Shown in pieces: positions 44,073-53,718 of a stretch of DNA of 64,000 nucleotides. Both the position numbers and the translations under genes were made by a program. This stretch comes from Gammaproteobacteria bacterium (GTDB taxonomy: Bacteria; Pseudomonadota; Gammaproteobacteria; JAJDYQ01). The notes beneath the pieces are model-generated. The model did no database searches. It saw only the letters and a list, made by a program, of their open reading frames with translations, and was not told the origin of the DNA. The stretch covers positions 1,007,992-1,071,991 of the forward strand of contig OZ243932.1 of assembly GCA_965214035.1 (NCBI GenBank), in the 5' to 3' direction. The first letter of the stretch is position 1. Each line of letters starts with the position of its first letter.

Positions 44073-44306
44073 TGAAAATTATTTGACTTCTGATACAGAC
44101 AGTTTTCCACTGCCGCTTTCGAAGGACATTAAAGCCAGACAAAATCATTACAATAGCAGCCTGCGAGCATCACTTCTGACTGACACCCGTAAAATTGGTC
44201 AAGTATATAATAAGCATCTTGGTACTACAAAAAAGAGAAAAGACAACATGCTTGAAATATACTACCGTCCACCTTGTTGACTTGTTAGCCAACAAGCATG
44301 AAAAAG

Positions 44307-45491
44307 CTATTGCGCTATCAATCTATACAGCCCGTTTATGCCACCGTCACTGGTAAAATAAAGCACTCCATCCGGCCCTGTTCCCAACCCCATCGGTCTG
44401 GCCAGTCGCGCACCGCGTACATTTTGAAATCCGGTTATAAAGTCATCAACATGGGTGGCCTTACCGTCGGCAAAACGGACAAGCACCAGTTTGGGCGGGC
44501 GGCGAGTAGCGGGGTCGCCCGAACCGGAACCATCGGGTTGGGTGCCCCATGAGCCATGCAGGGCGACCAGTGCATCTCCATGGTAGGTTTTGGCAAGCCT
44601 GCCATCGGTAATAAAATGCACATCCATAGGCGCACTGCGGGCCGGAAAGGTTGCTGCCGGGATGATAGCATCAGTTCTTGGTGATCTGCCCCGGATACAG
44701 TTATCCCGGTTAATTTTGTTGCCATCATATTGGTACCAGGGCATACCGTGAAAGGAGTTTTGATCCAGCTTTGAGAAGTATTCCGGTGGTTGCTCATAGC
44801 CCTGGTGGTCGGGCCCGTTATTGCTGGCGTACATGATTTCAGTATCAGGATGCCAGTCAAATCCTATCGGGTTTCGCAGGCCACTTGCCCAGGGTTTCCA
44901 GATCGGCGGCGTGGCGGTTTCATCCAGCACCATAACTCCACCCCGACGATCCCGCCAGGGATAGCTGTTATCCAGATATTCATTACTACAGTTTCCGGTG
45001 ATGCCCAGGCCAAGGTAAAGACGTTTATCGGGTCCAATCTTCAGTGTTCGACTGTTATGCCCGCTTCCGCCAGGTATCGGGATAATGTCTTCAAGTTCGG
45101 ATTCGTCGAGTATTTCTTCAGACGGATCGTAGGGTATTCGGGACAGGCTGGAGGTTTGTGCAATATATAGATAGCCATTGCGTATGGCCAGGCTGTGGGG
45201 ATAGTCAGGCAGGATCAGTAACGGCGGTTCCGGTTCATTGTAGGGCGGTGGCAGGCGATAGATGTGCCCGGAGCGTGAACCAACCAGCATATTGCCCGCA
45301 TCGTCAAAAATAAATAATCGCGGGCGTTGCATGTCGGTGGTCAATAATTCCAGTTGATAGCCTGTCGGTACTTTGAGGGTGAAAATTTCATCACCAACTT
45401 CGGCCACGTGTAAATCATGCTGGATATTTCCCTGTTCTGCCCGCAGCTCGCCTGCCAGTACCAGCAAAAATATACCGATTAACCGCGACAT
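44307..45491 (-). CDS. Soluble PQQ-dependent glucose/sorbosone dehydrogenase-family beta-propeller protein (YliI-like)
   Basis: Probable start MSRLIGIFLLVLAGELRA (signal peptide). 'GLRNPIGFDWHPDTEIMYASNNGPD' and 'HGSWGTQPDG' are typical of this family. Confidence 0.65.
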   Translation of the reverse strand: MSRLIGIFLLVLAGELRAEQGNIQHDLHVAEVGDEIFTLKVPTGYQLELLTTDMQRPRLFIFDDAGNMLVGSRSGHIYRLPPPYNEPEPPLLILPDYPHSLAIRNGYLYIAQTSSLSRIPYDPSEEILDESELEDIIPIPGGSGHNSRTLKIGPDKRLYLGLGITGNCSNEYLDNSYPWRDRRGGVMVLDETATPPIWKPWASGLRNPIGFDWHPDTEIMYASNNGPDHQGYEQPPEYFSKLDQNSFHGMPWYQYDGNKINRDNCIRGRSPRTDAIIPAATFPARSAPMDVHFITDGRLAKTYHGDALVALHGSWGTQPDGSGSGDPATRRPPKLVLVRFADGKATHVDDFITGFQNVRGARLARPMGLGTGPDGVLYFTSDGGINGLYRLIAQ

Positions 45492-45522
45492 GGCGATAGT
45501 GATCTTCGATAAAAGCAAACAC

Positions 45523-46581
45523 TTATTCCCACAGATCAACATGTATGCCCTGTGCTTCCAACGCATCGGCTTTGGCTGCGAGCCAGCGCTGGAAATTCGG
45601 TTGTTCTTTGTATCCGCCCGATGAGACGTAGTCCATGATACCCTGCGTATGGAAAGCTCTGAGGTATGCTTCCGCACGAAAAACTTCCCGACCTTTGTCG
45701 TCAAAAAAGACAAAGCTGGGGCTGTTCTGGATATTCAATTCTCTGGCCCAGTCCCGTGCCTGTATCTGACGTCCGTCTGGCACCGTTATTCTGGCTGAGG
45801 ACCACATATCGAGCAGTACGATGTCCAGACGGGCCATTTCCCGCTTCGATTCCTCTCGTTGCAGAATGTCGAGGTGCAGTTCATCGCAGAGCAGGCATTG
45901 TTTTTGTTCAAACATGACCAGTAATGGTTTGCCTGTGCCGCGGTGCCCTGCCCTCAGATCATAGGGGGGCTGGATATAGCTGTCCTCTATATGCAGCCTG
46001 CCAGTTGCCTTGTTCTGGGGTTGTTCACCATAGTATTCACGAAATGTTGAGGCTGTTTCGTGCTTCCCGGCAACATATTGTAAGGCCGCCATGAATTTGC
46101 CCGGATGGTAGTAGCCATTGATACGCAGTACGACCCTACCCTGCCCGTCCAACATTAACATGGTCGGTGTGAACATGACCCTAAGACCCTCGGCAAATTG
46201 CTTTTCGGTGGAGTCCTCACCGTTTATATCGACCACTTCTCTATCGCCCCACATGTTAATGGCAATGGTATCGAAGTGTTTTTGGGAGTATTCAGAAATG
46301 TCACGGTTGCCATAGTTATCTTCCAGCAATTTTTTGCAGTAGGGGCAACCGTCCTGATAAAAATACAGCACGACACGTTTGTTTTGCTCGGCAGCCTCGG
46401 CAATGTCTTCCTGGATATCGAGAAAAGATTGTTTGAACCATTTCGGCTTTTCTGCATAACCTGGATTTTCCAGGCCTTCACTGAGCTGTTCCCGTTGCCC
46501 TGCCGGTGTATCGGCATACAGGGGCGATAAACCTGACCATAAGGCGAATATGAGTGTCAGTATGTTGGTGGGTGAACGCAT
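45523..46581 (-). CDS. Exported thioredoxin-fold protein with two CxxC domains
   Basis: Signal peptide MRSPTNILTLIFALWSGLSPLYA. Motifs 'YFYQDGCPYCKKL' and 'MFEQKQCLLCDEL' sit in two Trx-like modules. Confidence 0.65.
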   Translation of the reverse strand: MRSPTNILTLIFALWSGLSPLYADTPAGQREQLSEGLENPGYAEKPKWFKQSFLDIQEDIAEAAEQNKRVVLYFYQDGCPYCKKLLEDNYGNRDISEYSQKHFDTIAINMWGDREVVDINGEDSTEKQFAEGLRVMFTPTMLMLDGQGRVVLRINGYYHPGKFMAALQYVAGKHETASTFREYYGEQPQNKATGRLHIEDSYIQPPYDLRAGHRGTGKPLLVMFEQKQCLLCDELHLDILQREESKREMARLDIVLLDMWSSARITVPDGRQIQARDWARELNIQNSPSFVFFDDKGREVFRAEAYLRAFHTQGIMDYVSSGGYKEQPNFQRWLAAKADALEAQGIHVDLWE

Positions 46582-46801
46582 GGCTTTTACCTCTTGCTCC
46601 GTTTGATTTCTCTGCTCTATTATTAACCCGATCACAGATATTATCCACCTGAAAAAAAGATTTCCTTGTACTCAAAATACTGGTTCTTTTGTGGACTCCT
46701 GCTCTCGCAGGAATGGCAGGCAGAATCAGGTCTTCAAGAAAGGTTTTATGCCGGGACTCAGTCTTATGGAAACCCTGAATGAACCAGAGTTCCCCGGCTC
46801 A

Positions 46802-47455
46802 TCAGCATTCCTCCCGGCCCTTGAAGTAATCGCAGTCCATTGCCAGCGGACACTGCCCGCAAAGCGGCTTTTTGCGGCAGCAATCCTTGGCATGAATCAC
46901 GATCAGGGCGTGATATTCGTTGAATAGTGCCGATTCGGCCGGCAGTGAGTCCTGAAAGTATTGCCTCAGCTCTTCATGCGTTTCTGTACCGTCCACCAGA
47001 CCCAATCGAGAAAAGGTGCGCCGGGTATAGGTATCAATGACGAATACCGGACGATTAAAGGCATACAGCACAATGTCTTCAGCAGTTTCCGGGCCCACGC
47101 CATAAACACTCAGGATGGCCTCCCGCATGGCATCTGTCGGCATGGCATCGAGCGCGTCGAAACCACCCCGTTCAAGATACCAGCGGCAGTAGGCTTGCAG
47201 GCGTTTGGCTTTCACGTTGTAGTAACCGGATGGTCGTATCAGTTGTGCAAGCCTGTCCTGCGACAGGCTATTGATCGATTCTGCGTTCAGACAATCAGCG
47301 GCCTTGAGGTTATCAATAGCTTTGACGACGTTGGTCCATGCGGTGTTCTGCGTGAGGATGGCACCGACCATCACTTCGAATGCCGTATCGGCCGGCCACC
47401 AGTCCCGCGGACCAAAGTATTTGGATAGTCGCTCGTAGATTTCCAGTAGTTGCAT
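46802..47455 (-). CDS. Endonuclease III-related HhH-GPD base-excision glycosylase with C-terminal 4Fe-4S loop
   Basis: HhH-GPD 'VYGVGPETAEDIVLYAF' and cluster motif 'CCRKKPLCGQCPLAMDC' (C-x6-C-x2-C-x5-C). Confidence 0.8.
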   Translation of the reverse strand: MQLLEIYERLSKYFGPRDWWPADTAFEVMVGAILTQNTAWTNVVKAIDNLKAADCLNAESINSLSQDRLAQLIRPSGYYNVKAKRLQAYCRWYLERGGFDALDAMPTDAMREAILSVYGVGPETAEDIVLYAFNRPVFVIDTYTRRTFSRLGLVDGTETHEELRQYFQDSLPAESALFNEYHALIVIHAKDCCRKKPLCGQCPLAMDCDYFKGREEC

Positions 47456-47457
47456 GG

Positions 47458-48348
47458 TTATTTACGCCATCGGTGCCGGTTTTTAGGCTTCTGTGATGAT
47501 TTTTTGCTGCGCTCTATCTTGCGCATCATCGATTTGCCTGAAGAAGAGGCAGAAGAACGCCTGCCTTTGGCTGTCTGGTATGATTTGATCGGCGGCAGGC
47601 CGGTTTCACTCAATATTCGGTTAAGTTCACCTGAACTCAACGGTCGATATTCTCCAGTTTTCAGACCTCTATCCAGCCGCAGTGATCCGAATCGGATACG
47701 GATCAGGCGGCTTACTGTGATGCCCTGTGATTCCCAGATACGGCGTATTTCTCGATTGCGCCCTTCTCTCAGGCTGACATGATACCAGTGATTAGTGCCC
47801 TTACCGCCGGCATCCTGTATGGTTTCAAACTTGGCATCACCATCTACCAGTTGTACTCCATGTAACATATTATTGATCTGTATTGCGCTGACCGGCCCTA
47901 GTACACGTACTGCATATTCTCGTGGTATCTGATATTTCGGATGCATCAACCGATTGGTCAGCTCACCATTGTTGGTCAGCAGCATAAGGCCGGAGGTATT
48001 CAAGTCGAGACGACCAACATTTATCCAGCGACCATATTCGCATTCCGGCAGGCGATCAAATATGGTTGATCGCCCTTTTTCGTCTGAACGTGTCGCCACC
48101 TCGCCTTCTGGTTTGTAATACATCAGGCCTAGTACAGGTGGCTTGCTCGCACCTCGAACGAACTCCGGTTTTCCATCAACAATCAGCTGGTCACCAGGTC
48201 TGTAGCGATCACCCAATCGGGCGGTTCTGCCATTTAGTTTTACACGACCCTGCTCGATCCAGCGCTCAATTTCCCGACGGGAACCTTTACCCTGTCCCGC
48301 AAGTACTTTCTGCAACCGCTCTCCCGGTCGTGTATTTTTCTCCCCCAT
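47458..48348 (-). CDS. rluB: 23S rRNA pseudouridine synthase RluB
   Basis: S4 domain 'ERLQKVLAGQG', RsuA-type catalytic 'GRLDLNTSGLMLLTNNGEL', Lys/Arg-rich C-terminal tail. Confidence 0.85.
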   Translation of the reverse strand: MGEKNTRPGERLQKVLAGQGKGSRREIERWIEQGRVKLNGRTARLGDRYRPGDQLIVDGKPEFVRGASKPPVLGLMYYKPEGEVATRSDEKGRSTIFDRLPECEYGRWINVGRLDLNTSGLMLLTNNGELTNRLMHPKYQIPREYAVRVLGPVSAIQINNMLHGVQLVDGDAKFETIQDAGGKGTNHWYHVSLREGRNREIRRIWESQGITVSRLIRIRFGSLRLDRGLKTGEYRPLSSGELNRILSETGLPPIKSYQTAKGRRSSASSSGKSMMRKIERSKKSSQKPKNRHRWRK

Positions 48349-48369
48349 GTTTATGCAGCATAGTTCAGA

Positions 48370-49140
48370 TTAGTGCAGTGTTTCCGTTTGTTGTTCTGGC
48401 GAGGTCTGTTCTCCAGTCTGGCTGTCTGCTTCAGCCAGTGTATCTGATTCTTCTATTGCTGCTTCGGCAGGCTTATCTCCCCTGCTCTCATGTTTTTTCG
48501 TGACAGGATTGTCACTGAGATCCAGTTCGGCGTTGATGGAGTCAACATCACGTAGTTCTTCCAGTGAAGGTAGTTGTGTCAGAGATTTAAGATTGAAGTA
48601 GTCCAGAAATTCTCTGGTTGTGCCGTACATTGCCGGCTTGCCAGGCACATCACGATGGCCCACAACCCGTACCCATTCGCGTTCCTGAAGTGTTCTGATA
48701 ATATTGGAACTCACGCTGACACCCCGAATATTCTCAATTTCTCCCCGCGTAACCGGCTGCCGATAAGCAATCAGGGCCAGTGTCTCCAGTAATGCGCGCG
48801 TATAGCGTGTTGGCTTTTCTTCCCAGAGGCGCGAAACCCATGGAGCCAGCTCTTTCCTGACTTGCAGGCGATAACCTGAGGCGATCTGTTTGATTTCAAT
48901 ACCACGTTCTTTGTACTCTTCATTCAGCACATGGATGGTTTTACGTATCACATCACGGTCCGGTACGGCATCGTCCGCAAAAACAGCAATAATATTATCC
49001 AGTGTCAATGGCTTACCGGCCGCCAGCAGCGATGCCTCGATAATGTTTTTAAGATCTTTTTCTTGCATATCCTGGCCTTTGGTAATATCTATTAATGATC
49101 TGTTTTTACGCTTCATCACTCTGAAATGAGGCTTCCTCAT
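48370..49140 (-). CDS. scpB: Segregation and condensation protein ScpB
   Basis: 'IIEASLLAAGKPLTLDNI' and two winged-helix domains, with an acidic C-terminus. The start is probably internal and overlaps the scpA end. Confidence 0.85.
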   Translation of the reverse strand: MRKPHFRVMKRKNRSLIDITKGQDMQEKDLKNIIEASLLAAGKPLTLDNIIAVFADDAVPDRDVIRKTIHVLNEEYKERGIEIKQIASGYRLQVRKELAPWVSRLWEEKPTRYTRALLETLALIAYRQPVTRGEIENIRGVSVSSNIIRTLQEREWVRVVGHRDVPGKPAMYGTTREFLDYFNLKSLTQLPSLEELRDVDSINAELDLSDNPVTKKHESRGDKPAEAAIEESDTLAEADSQTGEQTSPEQQTETLH

Positions 49141-49975
49141 TTTTAATTTTTACATGTATTTCAGAGTAAATTTCGGTCTGCTGGACAATAATCAGATTTT
49201 CTTTTATTAACTCAAGAATGGCCAGAAAGGTCACAACTATGCCGATGCGCCCCTCTTGGCGATCAAACAGGGATCGAAAGGTGGTAAATTTATCCTGCGA
49301 CAGGCTTTCCATCATATTTGACATGCGCTCTCGAACCGAGAGCGGCTCCATCTGTACATGATGATGTTCGCTCATTGCCGCCCGCTGCATCACTTCGGCA
49401 AAAGCCTTTAGCAGGGATTTCAATGGCACTTCAGGAAGTTTGCGTGTCACAATTTTATCAGCCACATCTATGGTCACCTGAAATGTATCGCGCATCATGC
49501 GAGGAAGTTGATCCATATCTTCAGCCGCTTTTTTATATCGTTCATATTCCTGCAATCGACGAACCAGTTCGGCACGCGGATCGCCATCCTCGTCTTCGTC
49601 TTTATCGGCCGGGCGGGGCAGCAACATCCGTGACTTGATCTCAGCCAGCATGGCTGCCATCACCATGTATTCAGCGGCCAATTCAAAGGACATTTCATGC
49701 ATCATTTCAATATAGGCGATGTATTGCGTTGCAATACTGGCTACCGGTATATCAAGAATATCCAGATTCTGACGGCGAATCAGGTACAGCAGCAAATCCA
49801 GAGGACCTTCAAATGCTTCCTCCAGAAAAATTTTCAGTGCCTCTGGAGGTATATATAGATCACGGGGAAGCTCTGTTATTGCTTCTCCCTGAACAACGGC
49901 AAACGGCATCTCGTTCTGTGCCGGATGCTGCTCATATTCGTCTTTAGCCTGCGCTTCGGTCACTGATTCTGACAT
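49106..49975 (-). CDS. scpA: Segregation and condensation protein ScpA (kleisin)
   Basis: 'FEGPLDLLLYLIRRQNLDILDIPVASI' kleisin N-terminus, 289 aa. Confidence 0.85.
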   Translation of the reverse strand: MSESVTEAQAKDEYEQHPAQNEMPFAVVQGEAITELPRDLYIPPEALKIFLEEAFEGPLDLLLYLIRRQNLDILDIPVASIATQYIAYIEMMHEMSFELAAEYMVMAAMLAEIKSRMLLPRPADKDEDEDGDPRAELVRRLQEYERYKKAAEDMDQLPRMMRDTFQVTIDVADKIVTRKLPEVPLKSLLKAFAEVMQRAAMSEHHHVQMEPLSVRERMSNMMESLSQDKFTTFRSLFDRQEGRIGIVVTFLAILELIKENLIIVQQTEIYSEIHVKIKNEEASFQSDEA

Positions 49976-50062
49976 CCAATTAAAGAGTGCACAGGCACCC
50001 TGTATATACCGGATATGGCAGAAGGCATCCTGACACCGCTGAAGTGAAAATAATACACGGCA

Positions 50063-51277
50063 TCAGTAGCTCAGACCCATGGCATGATTAACCTCATCCA
50101 TGGTTTTACGCGCCTCGTCACGCGCCTTTTCACTACCTTCGTTGATAATGTTTCTCACCAGATCGGGCGACTCTTCATAAAGTTGTGCGCGCTCTTGTAT
50201 CGGCGACAGTTCTTCACGAATGGCCCGGGTGATATGTGACTTACAATCAATACAGCCAATCGCAGCCGAACGGCAACCCTCCTGTATCTGTTTTTGCAGA
50301 TCATCTGCAGAATAAACCAGATGCCATTGCCAGACCGGGCATTTGGCCGGGTCACCAGGGTCGGTACGTTTGACTCGCGCCGGATCGGTCGGCATGGTGC
50401 GTATTTTTTGCTCAACCTCATCTTCTGTATCCCGTAACGAAATTGTGTTGTTATAAGACTTGGACATCTTCAACCCATCCAGACCAGGCATTTTAGATGT
50501 ACTGGTCATCAATGGCTGTGGCTCTGGCAGTATCATTTTGCCGCTACCCTCAACATAACCGAATAGACGCTCCCGGTCGGCGATAGTGATGTTCTGCTGC
50601 CCTTTCAGCAGCTCACGGGCCACCTCCAGTGCCTCCTTATCACCCTGCTCCTGATATTTCGTCTGCAGGTCGTTGAAAAGTCTGGCATTTTTCTTACCCA
50701 TTTTTTTGATCGCCACTTTAGCCTTACCCTCAAAGTCCGGTTCACGCCCATAGAGAAAATTAAAACGGCGGGCAACCTCGCGCGTCAATTCGACATGGGC
50801 AACCTGATCTTCACCAACCGGCACCCAGCCAGCACGATATGCCAGAATATCGGCACCTTGCAGTAACGGATAGCCAAGGAATCCATACGTGGAAAGGTCT
50901 TTCCCTCTCAGTTTTTCCTGCTGGTCCTTGAAACTCGGCACACGCTCCAGCCAGCCCAAAGGTGTAATCATGGATAGCAGCAGATGCAGTTCAGCATGTT
51001 CAGGAATACGCGATTGAATAAATACTGTCGCCGCACCTGGATTTACACCCGCAGCCAGCCAGTCAATTATCAGTTCCCAAACGCTTTTGCCAATAACATC
51101 GGGGGCTTCATAGTGTGTGGTCAGTGCATGCCAGTCGGCAACAAAGAAGAAGCAATCATATTCATGCTGCATCTCAACCCAGTTTTTCAATACGCCATGA
51201 TAATGACCCAGATGCAACCGCCCGGTCGGGCGCATGCCGGATAAAACACGGCTGTTGGCACTAACAAGAGAATTCAA
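50063..51277 (-). CDS. trpS: Tryptophan--tRNA ligase (long form)
   Basis: Class I 'TGRLHLGHYHG' and 'KMSKS' present. 404 aa with a C-terminal extension. Confidence 0.9.
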   Translation of the reverse strand: MNSLVSANSRVLSGMRPTGRLHLGHYHGVLKNWVEMQHEYDCFFFVADWHALTTHYEAPDVIGKSVWELIIDWLAAGVNPGAATVFIQSRIPEHAELHLLLSMITPLGWLERVPSFKDQQEKLRGKDLSTYGFLGYPLLQGADILAYRAGWVPVGEDQVAHVELTREVARRFNFLYGREPDFEGKAKVAIKKMGKKNARLFNDLQTKYQEQGDKEALEVARELLKGQQNITIADRERLFGYVEGSGKMILPEPQPLMTSTSKMPGLDGLKMSKSYNNTISLRDTEDEVEQKIRTMPTDPARVKRTDPGDPAKCPVWQWHLVYSADDLQKQIQEGCRSAAIGCIDCKSHITRAIREELSPIQERAQLYEESPDLVRNIINEGSEKARDEARKTMDEVNHAMGLSY

Positions 51278-51543
51278 GAGATTTCCTTAATTTAAGGCAA
51301 ACTGTTCAAAATCAGCTAACATATCCACCTGCCGATTGGGACCATTTTACCACAGTGGGCTGAAAACGACCTGCCATTATGAATGATGGTACGCGAATAG
51401 CCTATGGCTTTCCCTGCCATTGAAAAACCTGTTCCAAAGTCCATATGCCATGTTCAGGAGGTGATGAGAAGTCATTTCCAATCATCTCAAGCTGTTTTTG
51501 TTTTGATTGAACTCGTCAATCACATTGATCAGGTAATAAGAAA

Positions 51544-51586
51544 GGGAATTATATACTTAATGCCCCCGATTTTTGTTTTTCCTGCT
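51544..51586 (-). repeat. Dispersed 43-bp repeat, copy B (inverted relative to copy A)
   Basis: The reverse complement reads AGCAGGAAAAACAAAAATCGGGGGCATTAAGTATATAATTCCC. Confidence 0.7.
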
Positions 51587-51729
51587 TACCTTCTGACCAG
51601 CTTCCATCGTTGTTTCAGTTGTGCGGTGGAGGGGGCTTTTTCGGGTTTGGTGGGTGCTTTTTCAGGTCGATAACGGACGATTTGTCGGACAGCACTTTGA
51701 AAGTCTTTTAGCGATGGGCGTTTGCTCAT
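51586..51729 (-). CDS. Small basic ORF (47 aa) with a strong SD, ending inside repeat copy B
   Basis: AGGAGAGAAAAGT-ATG. The sequence MSKRPSLKDFQSAVRQIVRYRPEKAPTKPEKAPSTAQLKQRWKLVRR has its TAA stop overlapping the first bases of the repeat. Confidence 0.2.
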   Translation of the reverse strand: MSKRPSLKDFQSAVRQIVRYRPEKAPTKPEKAPSTAQLKQRWKLVRR

Positions 51730-51821
51730 ACTTTTCTCTCCTTTGGAATGATCCATATATCTATACTCAATCCCGAAAAATACAATGCGCACTGACTTTG
51801 CTACAATAAGGAGGCTTTGAT

Positions 51822-52498
51822 ATGGAAACCGGAGGAAAGATGCCGAGCAAATTCCATAAAACAGGTTCTCAAGAGACAAGTCATTCTGCGGGGAGTCCCT
51901 TCCGTGCTTTTTTGACCCGACTAGGCATCCGAGCAGCAAACACTTGTGAGAAAGGACCGGATTTGAAGAGATTGTCCAATGGTTTATTGAGAAGGATAGT
52001 ACCCAGTCCCGCCATTTTTCGCAGGTATGGATGTGGGATAAATGGCCCCACAATGAGGGGCAACGTGATACAGGGATAGACCTGGTTGCCCAAAAACGTG
52101 ATAGCAGCGAATGGGTCGCCATTCAATGCAAGTTTTATCGTGAAGGCGTGGCATTGCAACGCGATAATATTGACTCATTCCTGGTCGCTTATGAGCAGTC
52201 GCACAACGGAGAAAATTTTGCCGAAGGTATCGTGGTATCGACCACGAATCACTGGGGCAAAAATGCAGAAGCAGCCTTGAAGGGGCGCGATAAACCGGTC
52301 GCTCGCTGGGGGATCGATGTTTTTGAAAACTCCTCTATTGACTGGGAACGTTCTTCACTCGCCTCGCTTCGGAGAAAAGAGACCAAACAACTGCGTGACT
52401 ATCAACAGCAGGCTTTTTTTGTGGTCATTAAAGTATGCTCTCTATCTCACCCGCATATTGCCCATAACCCAAACCACGCACATGCGGTTCCTCATTAG
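51822..52498 (+). pseudogene. Truncated and frameshifted N-terminal fragment of a second Type ISP-like enzyme (Mrr-like nuclease domain only)
   Basis: 'METGGKM..SQET' is followed, after a frameshift near 51930-51950, by 'WMWDKWP...DTGIDLVAQKRDSSEWVAIQCKFY...LRDYQQQA'. This parallels the N-terminus of the 5697..10697 protein (WHWDKWP...VGIDAVAVRRNDGKYIAIQCK). It ends just after the helicase Q-motif. Confidence 0.6.
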
Positions 52499-52503
52499 GA
52501 TGC

Positions 52504-53412
52504 TCAATGGCATGCCGAGAACTCGACATCCAAACGGTATTGCACCAACTCTATGGGAGGATTTTTTGCCGCCTCCTGTTGCACATCAGAGTCTAGTTTT
52601 CGTGCGCCACCATGAATGAGTATGCCTCGCACAGGTTGTTTGCTTTCGCACTTATATCGTTCGAGGTAGTGGCGTAGCTGTTTTACATGTTCAGTTGTGG
52701 GTGAGTGTTGTTTACACTCAACGATAACTGCCTGATCGCTGCGGTCGATGAGGAGCACATCCGCTCTAGTTTTATCATCAAACACTCGTTCCCTGACTTT
52801 CTGGCTTGGATGCGTGAGCAGTCTGTCTTCCAATCGATAGGGATATGCAGCAATGTAGTCAGAAAGTGCTCGCTCGGAGCTGAATTTGGTCGTTAGTAGC
52901 CCAACCCAATTCGCCGGGTTATTCATGATTTCAACAATCTCATCCCAGCTCCTGGAGCGAAGTTCACAAACTGTCGTTCGAATTTCCCATCGGTTCAGGT
53001 GCATTGATTCAGGAATCTTCACTACCATGTCACGGTCATCGGGACCCACCGTAAGGTCCCACCGGACAAAAATCCGCCGACCCATTTCCCCATCGGAGTC
53101 TTCTTCCGTTTTAGGAACTAATGGATCCCAGTCTTCATCTTCGATAGCTTTGCCCGTCACCTCACCGACACGCCCTAATCGATGACCTCTGAGTTGAACT
53201 ATCACTTTGTCCCCAACAGAAATTCTTTCCAGTGCCTTTCGGACTCGCCTCCAGCCTATACCCCCATCTGTTTCTCCACGCAATTTATACCCCCACGAAC
53301 CTTTCCAGCCAACAGCGACACACTGATTCAAGAACCAGCGTTGCCACATGCCTGGATATTCATTCTCCATGCAATTAACTTTCCAGACAGTCATACTGAT
53401 ATGCCTCACCAA
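52504..53412 (-). CDS. Two-domain protein with a PUA/EVE-like N-terminus and a PD-(D/E)xK nuclease C-terminus; candidate modification-dependent (Type IV-like) restriction nuclease
   Basis: The N-terminus 'TVWKV...YPGMWQRWF...VAVGW...GDKVIVQL..HRLGRVGEVTG...RIFVRWDL' follows the EVE/PUA-like pattern. The C-terminus 'ADVLLIDRSDQAVIVECKQHS' is a D..D/E.K nuclease signature. No MTase partner is present. Confidence 0.45.
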   Translation of the reverse strand: MVRHISMTVWKVNCMENEYPGMWQRWFLNQCVAVGWKGSWGYKLRGETDGGIGWRRVRKALERISVGDKVIVQLRGHRLGRVGEVTGKAIEDEDWDPLVPKTEEDSDGEMGRRIFVRWDLTVGPDDRDMVVKIPESMHLNRWEIRTTVCELRSRSWDEIVEIMNNPANWVGLLTTKFSSERALSDYIAAYPYRLEDRLLTHPSQKVRERVFDDKTRADVLLIDRSDQAVIVECKQHSPTTEHVKQLRHYLERYKCESKQPVRGILIHGGARKLDSDVQQEAAKNPPIELVQYRLDVEFSACH

Positions 53413-53718
53413 TAAGTATAAAGTGAATAGGATAGTTGGGTTATGACTTATATGTCAAGGCCGGCAGCGTGAAAACCGTCGATATCGTCAAGGGATTGCT
53501 TGAATTAACCGATTTTTTGTACAATTAAGTATATAATTCGCCTATAAAAACCAGACTATTGACTGTAATTTATTGTTTTTATCTATCTTCCATCTCGGTC
53601 AGGTCTTCAACACCTGCCATATCTGCAAGTGCTTTAGTAAATGGCGTTTTTGTAAAAATTAAAAAATAAAATTAATGCTGTTCGGCGAGGTGATACTTCT
53701 GGCTAACCAAGTGTGTCA

